Shown here: in pieces, positions 29,301 through 39,100 of the stretch | Layout of the letters: each line of letters opens with the position of its first letter | Position numbering within the stretch: the stretch's first letter is position 1 | IMG/VR virus record: IMGVR_UViG_3300036406_000522 | Span: 3,866-67,865 of that record | DNA: 64,000 nucleotides | Source: a virus | Strand: one strand, 5' to 3' | Translations under genes and position numbers: made by a program | The notes under the pieces: model-generated | Databases searched by the model: none | Told to the model about the DNA's origin: nothing | The model's input: the letters and a program-made list of their open reading frames with translations, nothing else

Positions 29301-30972
29301 TGGTGACTACTCTGATCTGTCAAAGCTCAAGGGTTACGATATTGCAGTCGCATTAGAGCAAGATGCCAGTTCTTCTGGTGCGCAGATCATCGCGTTAACT
29401 ACGAAGAATAAGCAGCTTGCTGAATTGTCTAATGTACTCGCAACGAATCAGAAGAAGCGGTTGTATGACGAAATCGCTGCACTTACTTTCAACGATCCTC
29501 GATTCATTAAGTTGAACCAGAAGCTTGGTTTGACTGAGAAGGATCTTCGGAAGGCAAGTAAGGCACAAAACATGGTCACATTCTATGGTGCAGGTCAACG
29601 CACTGGTGCTATGAATGTGGAAACAAAGCTGGCCAAGGCATTGGGAAAGAATGAAGGTCTGCTCGTTGTGAAAGCATCTGAGCGTGACAAAGTACTCGAT
29701 GAGATCGCTGCTAGAGCGGCGCGCTTTGAGAGATTCGATCCTGACACTGCATCTGAGCTAAAGGCTTTGAGACAAGATGTCAAGGATATCTTCAACCGAG
29801 GTGTAGATCCTGGTGATGACCTCTTAGAGGACTTATGGTTCCTAGAACCGAAGACCTACGAGTTCGTCGAGAAGCTATCTCGATCATACGATAAAGTTGT
29901 AACACCTAATGATTTCAAGCTTATTGCTGAGATCATGAGCGAAAATCTTGCTGTACAGGTTCCTATTCTTAAGGACTTCACACGTTACTTTGGTAGACTA
30001 GCTGAGGACTTCCTCACTAGTGCCAAGCCGAATGAAGCGTCCTTCGACGAAGCTAAGATCCTGCGGCAGATGCTTTTCGGTGCTTACAAGGCTGGCGACA
30101 AACTACCACCGCGTGTGGCAGAGTTGTTGGGTACAAAAGCCAGTGAATCAATCAGCGAGAAATTCCTTAAGCGTGTCCCTTGGTATAAACCAGGAGACTT
30201 ACTATCTGAAGTCATTTACGGTGTTAAAGCTCCATTGGACAGACGTACTGGCACTACACTTGGAAAGGTAAAGTTCAAGTTAGGTGCGATCGAAGAGACA
30301 CTCTACGGAGGCTTCGATGTACTGTATCCGAACAAGATGCCGAAACAATGGACGAACATCCCTTGGGTTAATTTTGATGGCAAGGTTATTGAACAGAATT
30401 TCACACAGGCGTTCGAAGAGCGATTAGTGTATCGTGATGCAAATGGTGATTGGGTGACCAACATCCTCATGATCAAACAGAAGACTGACCCTACGTGGTG
30501 GGAAGAGTTCAGAAACAAAACAGACACCATGAGGGACATTGCTGATGTAAACAAAGCTAGAACAGCCTTTGCCGTTAACGGAAACCATGCTAATGACGCC
30601 ACACTTGTGAAGCAGTATCATCTATGGGGACGTAAGAACAACATACCTACTGCTACGGTGCATGACGCGTTCATGGCCAACGCTGCCGATCTATTGAAGT
30701 CAAGGGATGCACTTAGGGAAATCTATGCGAATGTTCTGGATAAGAACGTTATCCTAGACACACTTAACGAAATGCGTGATAGAGGCTTGTCTAAGGAACT
30801 CTATGACAAGTATCTGAACGAAGCTATTGACATTGGATTGATACCTATCGCTGGTCGATCTGTTGTCGGTGGTAAGAAGTTACAAGAGAGTGATATTCTG
30901 AAGAAGAGCGATGTCTTAGTAAAGATAACGCACGACTTCAAGGGTAATCATTACTGGTACGGAATTGGATAA
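26338..30972 (+). CDS. head morphogenesis (MuF/SPP1 gp7) protein fused to a T7-family single-subunit RNA polymerase
   Basis: MuF: YVAVLDSRTTPLC..RDG...PPAHWYCRS; RNAP: LDHRARIY..GPQ, motif A EQDASSSGAQ, motif B RKASKAQNMVTFYG, NGNHANDA, motif C VHDAF; AGAGGAG RBS. Confidence 0.92.
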   Translation: MSTNANTAIYDKLVDRAAMLRLYEERVAGKVTTIIDGHKVRIIDIILANKAKMTPKMREEIDIQLRKTYGNAFNTSSKSLMDLVNDQLSYTYQKMDNVVGKIWRTAKPNYRISEDIVLKRPLYNDVTLMGGWTSVSIAERKRLESLIRRGIAEGLDEKAIALSVRDGNVFTISKQQSIGLVRTAITSVRSQTDHEVYKANEKILTGWQYVAVLDSRTTPLCQHRDGTVYPISDTAHLPPAHWYCRSTTIPITKSYDQLGELEGVAQIRKRNLEGLTQKQIAFYDGQTPLKESYSEWLQRQPTDVQLRHLGDNTRLELFRSGQLTVDKFTTPAGNSVGINELRRMTDDGYGIGNTKKFAIAKEQLDRLKLGAARPEELIDSPDMVAALRNYYMLQAKDLDGNLSLTNYRGNLLHTKKATKARVLNSPPTEEQLLFNPLTGRYDDSRIFQPNQAVLKNNLRLVEDSVSLKRADKDFIKKFVDDLDGHLGANERAVITDNLRIVFTRFRDNKEPWTNLKAVLNGQIKFDIMNVSDYIETQLRRDQNFLLKLKQDMYIDPVLGPVQLQDLHDNFIANIRAKNKWEDSVAPKIARELRNIFDYKIPYKIRTRLKEDGDHQLDQFYLRFANRLAMADSPDRDQLAVALGRDLYNAANYRGNRKEWWLLGNKLLDNAKAKGFYELETRGVQKRRMRSRNFGKYFGPAYDTNSVVVVVHDPRILEYAKLTRKVDVGLRVSATTEHNRLRIREGYKTYFTDEGLFGYYDTRIPIISESSFKDFPEKLIDKDMTSALNWAAQTKYKVDPDFHDFIDKLLHFTDDKGRAKYYSEVNHYREYMSGRGDAYERFKAMSWLRAKDSSFSNHPFLDHRARIYERGFIGPQAGESFRPFLNSAVSKKFNEQGYLNLQDQIGGFIGGLSDNLEGKYNALSVLGRQEIAKKHRPEMVKIGYHMLRGKPADIRAVLDSKFVQEIDGEDLGKALRLSLEMAKIDRFLDGDYSDLSKLKGYDIAVALEQDASSSGAQIIALTTKNKQLAELSNVLATNQKKRLYDEIAALTFNDPRFIKLNQKLGLTEKDLRKASKAQNMVTFYGAGQRTGAMNVETKLAKALGKNEGLLVVKASERDKVLDEIAARAARFERFDPDTASELKALRQDVKDIFNRGVDPGDDLLEDLWFLEPKTYEFVEKLSRSYDKVVTPNDFKLIAEIMSENLAVQVPILKDFTRYFGRLAEDFLTSAKPNEASFDEAKILRQMLFGAYKAGDKLPPRVAELLGTKASESISEKFLKRVPWYKPGDLLSEVIYGVKAPLDRRTGTTLGKVKFKLGAIEETLYGGFDVLYPNKMPKQWTNIPWVNFDGKVIEQNFTQAFEERLVYRDANGDWVTNILMIKQKTDPTWWEEFRNKTDTMRDIADVNKARTAFAVNGNHANDATLVKQYHLWGRKNNIPTATVHDAFMANAADLLKSRDALREIYANVLDKNVILDTLNEMRDRGLSKELYDKYLNEAIDIGLIPIAGRSVVGGKKLQESDILKKSDVLVKITHDFKGNHYWYGIG

Positions 30973-31025
30973 TGAGTTGTACTCATTAACATTTTAAATG
31001 GGCTGTGCCCAGGAGCTTTGAAATC

Positions 31026-31745
31026 ATGGCAATAAATCCGAATAAAGAAGATGGCACTCCTAAGACTACCGAAGAGATTGCGCTGGAACAAGCGGAATTG
31101 GATCGGCTGGAAGCTCTTAAGGGTGAGACAGAAGAACAGAAGATCGCTCGTCTAGTTCAAGAGGGAATCGAAGCTCAGATCAAGGGCCTCAAAGATAACC
31201 TCAACAAGGCTTACGAAATCCGAGACGCTGCTGAGAAGAAGCTCAAGGAGAAAGAAGCCGCTGAACGTGAAGCTGAAATCAAGCGACTTGAGGCCGAAGG
31301 TAAACACCGTGAGGTCTACGAGGCTCGTCTTGCCGATGCTGAAGTGAAGCGCAAGGAACTGGATGCAAAGAATGCAGAATTGGAACGTCGCAATACTGAG
31401 CTTACTCGGGATGCGAATGTGCGTGCAGCACTACAAGGACTGGATTTCAAGAACGATCGCGCAGCTGAGATGGCTTTTAAGGAAATCGCTGAAGGTCTTG
31501 TTCGCAACGATAAGGGCGAATGGGTACACAAGAGCGGTGTCACTATCAAAGACTTCATTGCTGCATATGTTGCTGATGACAATCAATCTTTCTTGTTCAA
31601 AACAAAAGCTAGCTCTGGCGGAGGTTCCGGTTCGGGACAAGGCAAGGGTGGGAATGATGGTGGCTCTGGCGACACATCGCTATTCGCCAAATCACAAGAC
31701 GAAGTGATCCGAATGGCTGCTGAAGGCAGACTGCCGCAACGATAA
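31026..31745 (+). CDS. capsid scaffolding protein
   Basis: Charged coiled-coil, Gly-rich C-terminus, directly before the capsid gene. Confidence 0.8.
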   Translation: MAINPNKEDGTPKTTEEIALEQAELDRLEALKGETEEQKIARLVQEGIEAQIKGLKDNLNKAYEIRDAAEKKLKEKEAAEREAEIKRLEAEGKHREVYEARLADAEVKRKELDAKNAELERRNTELTRDANVRAALQGLDFKNDRAAEMAFKEIAEGLVRNDKGEWVHKSGVTIKDFIAAYVADDNQSFLFKTKASSGGGSGSGQGKGGNDGGSGDTSLFAKSQDEVIRMAAEGRLPQR

Positions 31746-31763
31746 TACAACAAGGAAATATTT

Positions 31764-32963
31764 ATGAGTGCAACTAAGAGTGTAACTGGCGCAACTGATA
31801 CCGTTCTGCAATCGGCTATTGGTGCGTACTACGATGAAGCTTATACGAACGCGAAGAAGCTGGTCAACACCGGCATCACCGTGGCGAATTCGCAAATCGA
31901 TACTGAAACTGAGACCTTCATCGGTCAACTGCGTTGGGAAAAGCCGCTTACCCCGACCATTAACCTGGCCTCGCTTACTGACAGTACTGCTGGTACAGCG
32001 ACGACCTCCGACACTGAATTCCTGACATACATCAAGTCTGTCCGGACTGCAGGTGCTGAGAAGGTCAACATGAAGCAAGTTGTTACTCAGAAAGATGGTC
32101 TGGCCAAGTTCGGTCGTGACTTCGCTGAGACGCGTGCTCAAGACGAGCATAACGCCATTCTTGCAGTCTGCAAGGGTGTCGCTATTGCTGAGTTGCTGAA
32201 CGGTGCTGGCAAGGCCCAAGGCTCTAACGGTCTGGGTGGACAGACGTTTGACAACGACCCGACCGACAAGAAGTATGGTTTCTACGTCGATCTGGGCAAC
32301 GTGCTGCCGGTCATTGCTGCTTCGGCTACTGCTCAAGGTGCTGCCCGCGCTGAGGGCTTCCTGACTGCCATGGGTATGGCTTGGAAGGATTACGAGCCGT
32401 CGTATGCTTATCTGGTCGTCAGCCCCGCTGTCATGGCCTCGCTCCGTTCTGCCAATCTGGTGGATCAGGATAAGGTCAGCGAAGCTGGCATCGAGTTCAA
32501 CACGATCTTCCAGGGTAAGTTCCGTCTTATCTTGACTCGTGCTACTCAGAGCATGGCATCTGCCGAGTTCACCAAGATGAACACTGGTCCTGGCGTTGAT
32601 GTGGTCGGTACCAAGACGAGCTTCATCGTTCTTCCTGGCGCGATCAACTTCAATGCACTGAACGTGCCTGATCCCGTCGAAATCCAGCGCAATGCTGCTG
32701 CCTATAAGGGTGGTGGTTCTACTGCGATTTGGCATCGTTGGGGTTACATCGCTCATCCGGTCGGTTACAAGTGGGCTGGTAGCGAGAACGTGTTTGCTGA
32801 CGACGCTGCTTACAAGGCTGTTATCGAGAACGCTGTTCAAGTGGCGCTTACTGCCGCTACTGATGGCCTGGTCACTGGCACCCCTGCCTATGTTCAGTCC
32901 GTGTGGCAGCGCAAGTACAGTTCCGCGCTGAGCCTGGGCATTCTCCCGGTATTCCACGCCTAA
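31764..32963 (+). CDS. major capsid protein
   Basis: 399 aa, strong codon bias, position; HRWGY..HP.GY.W. Confidence 0.88.
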   Translation: MSATKSVTGATDTVLQSAIGAYYDEAYTNAKKLVNTGITVANSQIDTETETFIGQLRWEKPLTPTINLASLTDSTAGTATTSDTEFLTYIKSVRTAGAEKVNMKQVVTQKDGLAKFGRDFAETRAQDEHNAILAVCKGVAIAELLNGAGKAQGSNGLGGQTFDNDPTDKKYGFYVDLGNVLPVIAASATAQGAARAEGFLTAMGMAWKDYEPSYAYLVVSPAVMASLRSANLVDQDKVSEAGIEFNTIFQGKFRLILTRATQSMASAEFTKMNTGPGVDVVGTKTSFIVLPGAINFNALNVPDPVEIQRNAAAYKGGGSTAIWHRWGYIAHPVGYKWAGSENVFADDAAYKAVIENAVQVALTAATDGLVTGTPAYVQSVWQRKYSSALSLGILPVFHA

Positions 32964-32978
32964 TAGGACTTGTCACTT

Positions 32979-33458
32979 ATGGCGCTGATCAAAGGAACAA
33001 ACTCGTATGTTGAGGTGGCAGAGGCTGAGTTGTACTTTGCTAACAAGCCGGATGTTGCTGCATGGACTGAAGCTAGCGACACTCTAAAAGCTCAATCTCT
33101 GGTCACTGCTACCAGCATATTAGATGAGTTAAACTGGATTGGAACCGCTGTAAGTGAGGATCAACCACTGGCCTTTCCTAGGGTTGGCTCTTATTGGGAT
33201 CCACGTTTGGGCATAACAAAGTCGTTTGATGATGTTGATTCGCCCACCCGAGTGTTGAATGCTACGTACGAACTAGCTTACCACGTTCTGAACAACGATG
33301 GTCTGATGGATAGTACGGGCGGTGTAATCGACATAGAGGTGGGTTCGATCAAACTGAAGAACATCATTCCTGTAAGCTTGATCCCTGCAAGTGTGCGTCG
33401 GATTATCAATCCTATGCTGCGGACAGGAGGACGCAATGCTGTATGGAGGGCTAACTAA
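32979..33458 (+). CDS. head-tail adaptor
   Basis: NSYV.VAEA..YF, QPLAFPR, ATYELA. Confidence 0.75.
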   Translation: MALIKGTNSYVEVAEAELYFANKPDVAAWTEASDTLKAQSLVTATSILDELNWIGTAVSEDQPLAFPRVGSYWDPRLGITKSFDDVDSPTRVLNATYELAYHVLNNDGLMDSTGGVIDIEVGSIKLKNIIPVSLIPASVRRIINPMLRTGGRNAVWRAN

Positions 33459-33829
33459 TGTCCTACCTTGCGACAGTCCGAAAGGCTGTAAGGAAGGCTT
33501 TCAAAGCCGTAGGCGATCTAGCTATTGACGTTACGTTGACGCAAAAGGATTCATCCAGCTTTAACTTCGCGACTGGTACTGTGGCTACCACCACTCCTGT
33601 CACGACCGTTGTTAGAGCTGTGTTGAACACCAAGCGTAGGGATAAGAAGCAGCAAGGCGAAAGTCCAGAGAATAACACTCTGACTGCCGAGCTGATGATG
33701 ATCTCTGAGGACTTGTCCGACCTTTCGGTCTACGACACAGCTACCTTTAATGGCAACACATGGCGAATATCGCATCCGGTAGAGGATAATGGATACACTA
33801 CAACAGTTACAGTCACGAGGGCCACATAA
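33458..33829 (+). CDS. probable head-closure protein
   Basis: Position, size, beta-rich composition. Confidence 0.55.
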   Translation: MSYLATVRKAVRKAFKAVGDLAIDVTLTQKDSSSFNFATGTVATTTPVTTVVRAVLNTKRRDKKQQGESPENNTLTAELMMISEDLSDLSVYDTATFNGNTWRISHPVEDNGYTTTVTVTRAT

Positions 33830-34233
33830 TGGGTAAATACTCTGCTGTGGAACAGGACGTGTTTTCTGTATTCAAAAGGCCACGATGGACCAACGAGGGT
33901 GTCTTAACGTTTCCGACAAACTACGTTGGTAGTGCACCAAACAATGAGTACATAAGAGTTTCGATCATCTCGGGAGGTAGTGGTGTCAATCTGAAATCCA
34001 CTTCTGGAATCCTGAATATAGACATATTCGTCCAAGCTGGACAAGGCCCAAAGCGTGTTGTTGAGATAGCTGACAAGCTTGATAAACATCTCGTTGGAAA
34101 GTCTTTGGAAACAGGAAGTGGACACACACAGGTTGGTTCTAGCAATTTAGTACTTAGTGGATACGATAAGGACAACTCAGCGTTGTACAAAGCCGTCTAT
34201 TCAGTACCGTTCAACTACTTTCTTAAGGATTAA
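33829..34233 (+). CDS. probable tail terminator
   Basis: Position; G.LNIDIFV.AG.G...IAD.L. Confidence 0.6.
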   Translation: MGKYSAVEQDVFSVFKRPRWTNEGVLTFPTNYVGSAPNNEYIRVSIISGGSGVNLKSTSGILNIDIFVQAGQGPKRVVEIADKLDKHLVGKSLETGSGHTQVGSSNLVLSGYDKDNSALYKAVYSVPFNYFLKD

Positions 34234-34236
34234 CAA

Positions 34237-34848
34237 ATGGCACACATCTCTTCTATCGGCGCTGGTATGTACTCGGACCTGTCCGTTCACTTCGGCGCTA
34301 GCGCTGATACGGACGTGGCTCTTCCGGCTACTCCCAGTCTTATCACCAATTGGGCGGCGATGTTCACCTCGGTTGACCAAGCCGCTGCTGGCGCTACCAA
34401 GTTCGCTCGTATTGCGAACGTTCGTGAGTTTCCCGCTATCGGTACTCCTCCGAACATTGTGAACGTGCCTGTCTTCGGACAGTCGCAGTCGCAACAGGTA
34501 CAAGGTCAGTCTGACGCTCCGAATCTGGAAGTCACTGTCAACTACGTGCCGTCCGATTGGGCGAGCACTACGCTTCTGGGTCAAGCTGTTGCTGACGGCG
34601 TTACCCACGCCTTCCGCTTCACGCTTCTGAATGCTGAGCCTCCTGGCTACAGTTCGGTTGCTGCTTCGACCGCCCTGGGTGGTGACACCTCTGACGGCAC
34701 TGCTACGAAGAACACTCAGTTCTTCTGGCTGGGCAAGATCGAGGCGTTGCTGGTGAATCCGCAGCTGACGGACGCGAATACCGCGACCCTGACGCTGTCG
34801 ATCCAGTCCGACTTCTATGGTGCTTACACCACTGAGCCGGTTGCCTAA
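34237..34848 (+). CDS. major tail tube protein
   Basis: EFPAIGTPPNIVNVP.FG..QVQGQSDAP.LE.TVNY; high-expression codons; no sheath gene. Confidence 0.85.
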   Translation: MAHISSIGAGMYSDLSVHFGASADTDVALPATPSLITNWAAMFTSVDQAAAGATKFARIANVREFPAIGTPPNIVNVPVFGQSQSQQVQGQSDAPNLEVTVNYVPSDWASTTLLGQAVADGVTHAFRFTLLNAEPPGYSSVAASTALGGDTSDGTATKNTQFFWLGKIEALLVNPQLTDANTATLTLSIQSDFYGAYTTEPVA

Positions 34849-34938
34849 TAGCTGACGTTTGAGGAGATAGGGATTGGTTGCCCTATCTTAAACGACCGAA
34901 GACCACCGCGTTCGGCGTCCTCAATGTTAAGGATAATA

Positions 34939-35166
34939 ATGGAAAATCAGAAAGAGAAACCCTTCAGTCAGGGTTATGTACTGCGCACCACTGCGAAACA
35001 CATGCGGCGTTGCGTAGATATCAGTATCAGAAAGACTTACGAACGTCTGCCAGAATTTGTGGAAGGCCCGAAGTCTGTTGAATTATTCAAGACTCTCGGT
35101 GTATTGCATGGAATGCTCAAGGCTTTAGATGAGTTCCAGGCGAAGCATCAAGAGGATTTCAAATAA
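34939..35166 (+). CDS. hypothetical protein
   Basis: AAGGA RBS. Confidence 0.6.
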   Translation: MENQKEKPFSQGYVLRTTAKHMRRCVDISIRKTYERLPEFVEGPKSVELFKTLGVLHGMLKALDEFQAKHQEDFK

Positions 35167-35192
35167 TGCTATCCATCGAAAGAGATAACAAA

Positions 35193-35477
35193 ATGAGCAT
35201 GCGATTTACCGCCAACAAGACTCCGAAGAAAATCAAGTTTCTGGGAGAAGAAGTAGAGATCTTCAAGCTGTCCGTGAACCAGGTCATCGAAATTCAAAAG
35301 CTCGTCAAGAGCAATGAGAACGATGAAGGGGACAACCTCAAGGTTCTGCTGTTCGTTATTCGCACAGGTTGCCCGGAATTCGCTGAATACAGTGACTCCG
35401 ACATCTCTGATCTTCCGATGGATGAGTTGACGAAACTGTCTGCTGAAATCATGAAGAACTCGGGCCTGGGTAAGTAA
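35193..35477 (+). CDS. tail assembly chaperone (gpG-like)
   Basis: Position between tube and tape measure; acidic ~94 aa. Confidence 0.7.
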   Translation: MSMRFTANKTPKKIKFLGEEVEIFKLSVNQVIEIQKLVKSNENDEGDNLKVLLFVIRTGCPEFAEYSDSDISDLPMDELTKLSAEIMKNSGLGK

Positions 35478-35858
35478 ATGGATCTATCAGACGAAGAGCT
35501 TGTGTTCTTTCAATTAGCAGAAACTCTTCGTCTGCCCTTGTATCGGTTATTAGACGAAATGCCCTATGACGAGTTTACGGGGTGGATAGAGTACTATAAA
35601 CGACGGCCTGCAGGTTGGCAAGAAGATTATAGGACATTTCTTCTACTGAAAGCACAAGGTCTGAAACAAAAGCCTGAAGAGCTGTTTCCTTCATTAGCGC
35701 CTATCTTTAAGAAGCGTGATGAGGACAAGAAGCTTGGTAAGATCTCAGGTGCAAACTTCAAAGCCAGCGCATTGTTCAAGAAATTGCTCGGTGCGAAGGG
35801 TAATATTAATCCGCTACTAGGAGACTCAAATGCTGACAGTAAAAGCCAAGGGAATTGA
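35478..35858 (+). CDS. tail assembly chaperone (gpT-like)
   Basis: LAETL.L....L...M...EF..W..YY pattern. Confidence 0.7.
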   Translation: MDLSDEELVFFQLAETLRLPLYRLLDEMPYDEFTGWIEYYKRRPAGWQEDYRTFLLLKAQGLKQKPEELFPSLAPIFKKRDEDKKLGKISGANFKASALFKKLLGAKGNINPLLGDSNADSKSQGN

Positions 35859-36147
35859 CAAGGCTCTCGCGGGCATGAGAGATGAACTCTTAAAGGAGCG
35901 CGTTAAGCAATCCAAGACCGTAGCCGAGGTGATGGCAATAGACATGGCGATAAATACGCCAGTCGACACAGGCTACGCAAGATCACGTTGGAAGAGTTCT
36001 GTTAACGGTAATAGTGTCGTGGTCAGTAACGATGCACCGTATATTGAGGACTTGAATAGTGGTTCCTCGAAGCAAGCACCACAATTCTTCGTAGAACGAA
36101 CTGCACTAAAATACGGTAGACTAACTGGTCCCGTGAGTGTCAAATGA
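35830..36147 (+). CDS. HK97 gp10-like tail completion/neck protein
   Basis: TPVDTGYARSRW, NDAPYIEDLN.GSSKQAP..FV. Confidence 0.8.
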   Translation: MLTVKAKGIDKALAGMRDELLKERVKQSKTVAEVMAIDMAINTPVDTGYARSRWKSSVNGNSVVVSNDAPYIEDLNSGSSKQAPQFFVERTALKYGRLTGPVSVK

Positions 36148-36153
36148 CACGCC

Positions 36154-36188
36154 CCCTGATAAGGAGAACTTATCTAGGGGATTTTTTT
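36154..36188 (+). terminator. intrinsic terminator/attenuator before the tape measure gene
   Basis: CCCCTGATAAG..CTTATCTAGGGG followed by T7. Confidence 0.65.
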
Positions 36189-36198
36189 CGGAGGTAGT

Positions 36199-39100
36199 AT
36201 GGCAATTGAACTAGAAGTAAAAACTAATGCCGCCAAAGCCGAAAGTGACATACAGAGATTAGTCACGGCTGTTACAGGAATCGGTACTGCCTCTGACAAG
36301 ACAACTGAGAAACTTGAGGCTATCACCAAGGCCACTGATAAGGTAGGCTCAGGGGCTAATACGGCCAAGCTTGGCAGGTTGTCTGATTCGGTAAAGGATA
36401 TCGGTAAGTCAGCCAACAGCATGTCAGATAGCTTGATGCGAGCTACACGCTCTATTGGCGAATTCGCGGCTATCGCAGTAGCAACTGTTGGTGTAGCAGC
36501 ATTGTCCGACAAGGTAGCCACACTGAATGCTAAGCTCCGTCTCGTGGAGAAAAGCACAGGCGCGCAGGCTGAACGATTCAAAGAGATAACCGCTGTGGCT
36601 ATGGATGCAAGCATAGCGATCACTGATGTGGCTGATTTGTATGTCAAACTGCGGCGTGCCTCTGAGAACTTCGGCGCATCTAGCAAGGACGCACTGCAAG
36701 TGACAGCTAACGTTGCTCGCATCATAAAGTCCTCCGGCGTAGAAGCTGCGCAAGCCTCTGCTGGTATTCTGCAGCTTGGTCAAGCGTTAAGCTCTGGCAG
36801 ACTGCAGGGTGACGAACTTCGGTCTATCCTCGAGAACATACCTGAATTGGCTACAGTGATTGCCAAGAGTATGAACGTATCAATCGGCCAACTACGGCTG
36901 ATGGGTGAGGAAGGTACACTATCAGCGAATCGTGTGTTCGCAGGTATTCTGTCACAAACGGACGAGATCAACAAGAACATGAGTCGATTCGTTACCATAG
37001 GTGGCTCTCTGAAGAACCTTGGTAATGCATTCACAGTGATTATGCAGGCTGTCTTGCAGCTGTTCGGTGGATCGAATCCTATCGCCATATTCATTGATAA
37101 GCTAGCGGTGTCCATCACAGGATTCGCTACTCGCTTCATCACAGACATGGCCTACCTGAAGGTTAAGGCTATCGTAGCGCTGATGCCATTATTGGTGTTC
37201 TTTTCTGATCTACCTGATACGGCAGGTGCCGCATTCCAGAAGATTGCTAAGATGTTGGGGGACATGCTGAGCTTCGACATGAAGTTCACATTCGGTGGTT
37301 TCGAGGCGTCTGCTAAACAGGTCATCAGCACAGTACAACGAATTGAAGCTGCCTTCGCCTGGCTGTATGACAGAGTCATTGGCAACTCGTGGATCCCTGA
37401 TTTGGTAGAGGGTGTCATCAGCTGGATAGGTAAGATGACCACTGCAGTGAAACCCTTGCTGGTCACATTCACATCGATGTTCGAGACGGTGTTCACTGAT
37501 GCAGCTAAGTACTGGAAGCAGGTCTTAGGTATTGCTGATAAGCCTGCCGCATCTACGACATCTAAGGCTCGTACCCAAACTGCAGACGAGGCGTGGGCAG
37601 CTGAGTGGTTGAAACCAACACCGAAAGCTCTACCTGAGCCGACTGATGCCAACTACAAAGCACCTTCCACGAACCCCTGGAGTGACTTCTCCAAGCAGGA
37701 GGTCAAAGACTGGCAGGATCAATGGCTGAAACCACTTATCTATCCAGATGAGAAAACTACAGCTCCTAATAAGAGTGATACAGGTTTCACAGAGGCAGAA
37801 ATAGAAGCTTGGCGTAAGGAATGGCTGGCCCCTATTATCTATCCAGAAACTAATGTCGAGATACTCGACGAAAGTGTCAAGCAGGTTAAGATTTTGAAGG
37901 ATATAAAGGAGGCTGTAAAGGAGCCGCCTAAAGTTGAAATGCCTGGTTTCGACACCGTAGAATATCTCAACAACCTCCAGAAGAACTCTAAAGGTACATT
38001 CCCCGAGTTCAGGAAGAATCACCTAGGTGACGGTGCTAAGGCTAAGCCATTTGATTTGCTCGGTTCTATGAACAAGAGTGCTAGCACTGAAATCGGCAAG
38101 GCGCTGTCTACAGGGATAGCATCTAAGGGTCTGGTAGCCAGTAATATAGAAGCCGCCGAAGAAAGTTATGTGGAGAGGCTTCTCAGCTTTGTTAATGGAC
38201 TCGGTCGCTCTGTTGCGTCTCACACTAGCGACGCCCTCTCTACTATCGGTGACATGTACAACGATTTCATCTCGTTTGTGCCTAGATTCTTCAAGTCATT
38301 AGGCCGTATCATCGCTAAACAGTCGGATGTAGCTAGTGGCCTAAACTGGTTACAAAGCACTGATCGTGGCAAGTTAGTACGGCAGATCGTAGGTATCCCT
38401 GACGATAAAGGCGGCGCGCAAGTCCCATTCGGTCCTCACAAACAAGAAGTCGATAGACCGTTCATGCATGACATCATAAATGCGTTCGACAACAAAGATC
38501 AGGTGGTTGCCACTTTAGCTATTGGTGCAACGCTGACTGCTATCTTAGGCGCGATGCTTTTGATACCTACTGTTATCTTCTCATCGATGGCCCCCATGCG
38601 TGGCTTCCTACTTAAAGCTGCTGCTGTGAGTGGTGTAGGGCTGACCGGCACGATGTTGGCGAAGAACGTCGATGAAGGGACGCTCGTCAACGCACTCGTT
38701 AAAGGCATTCGCACTACGTTGGATATTGGCAGGTCGATCAAAGAAGCAATCTTTGGTAGTGGCGCTTTCGGTCCAATATCAACGTACCTAGAGACTGCTG
38801 ACAGCATGGGTGACAAGCTTATAGCCGTCGTGAAGGGTATCGCTGAGTTTACACTTAAGCTGGCAGCTCTGGCGTTCTTGTTTTCCTCGGACAATAGAAA
38901 GGCCGCTGGCGGTGCTCTTGTCGATGTCATTACTTCGCCAACTGCGATGGGAAAATCGGTCGGTAAACAACTTGAGCTGAGCTATCTTAACAAGCAAGTT
39001 AAGGACGCTACCAAGACATTCGACAGATCGACGGCAGTGGTGGCACTGAATACGAAGCGGTTAAGTGAACAGGCACAGGTACAGAAGCTAGTCAATGACT

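Noticed and set aside
31692-32957. 421-aa minus-strand ORF
   Set aside because: Antisense shadow of the codon-biased capsid gene; no motifs
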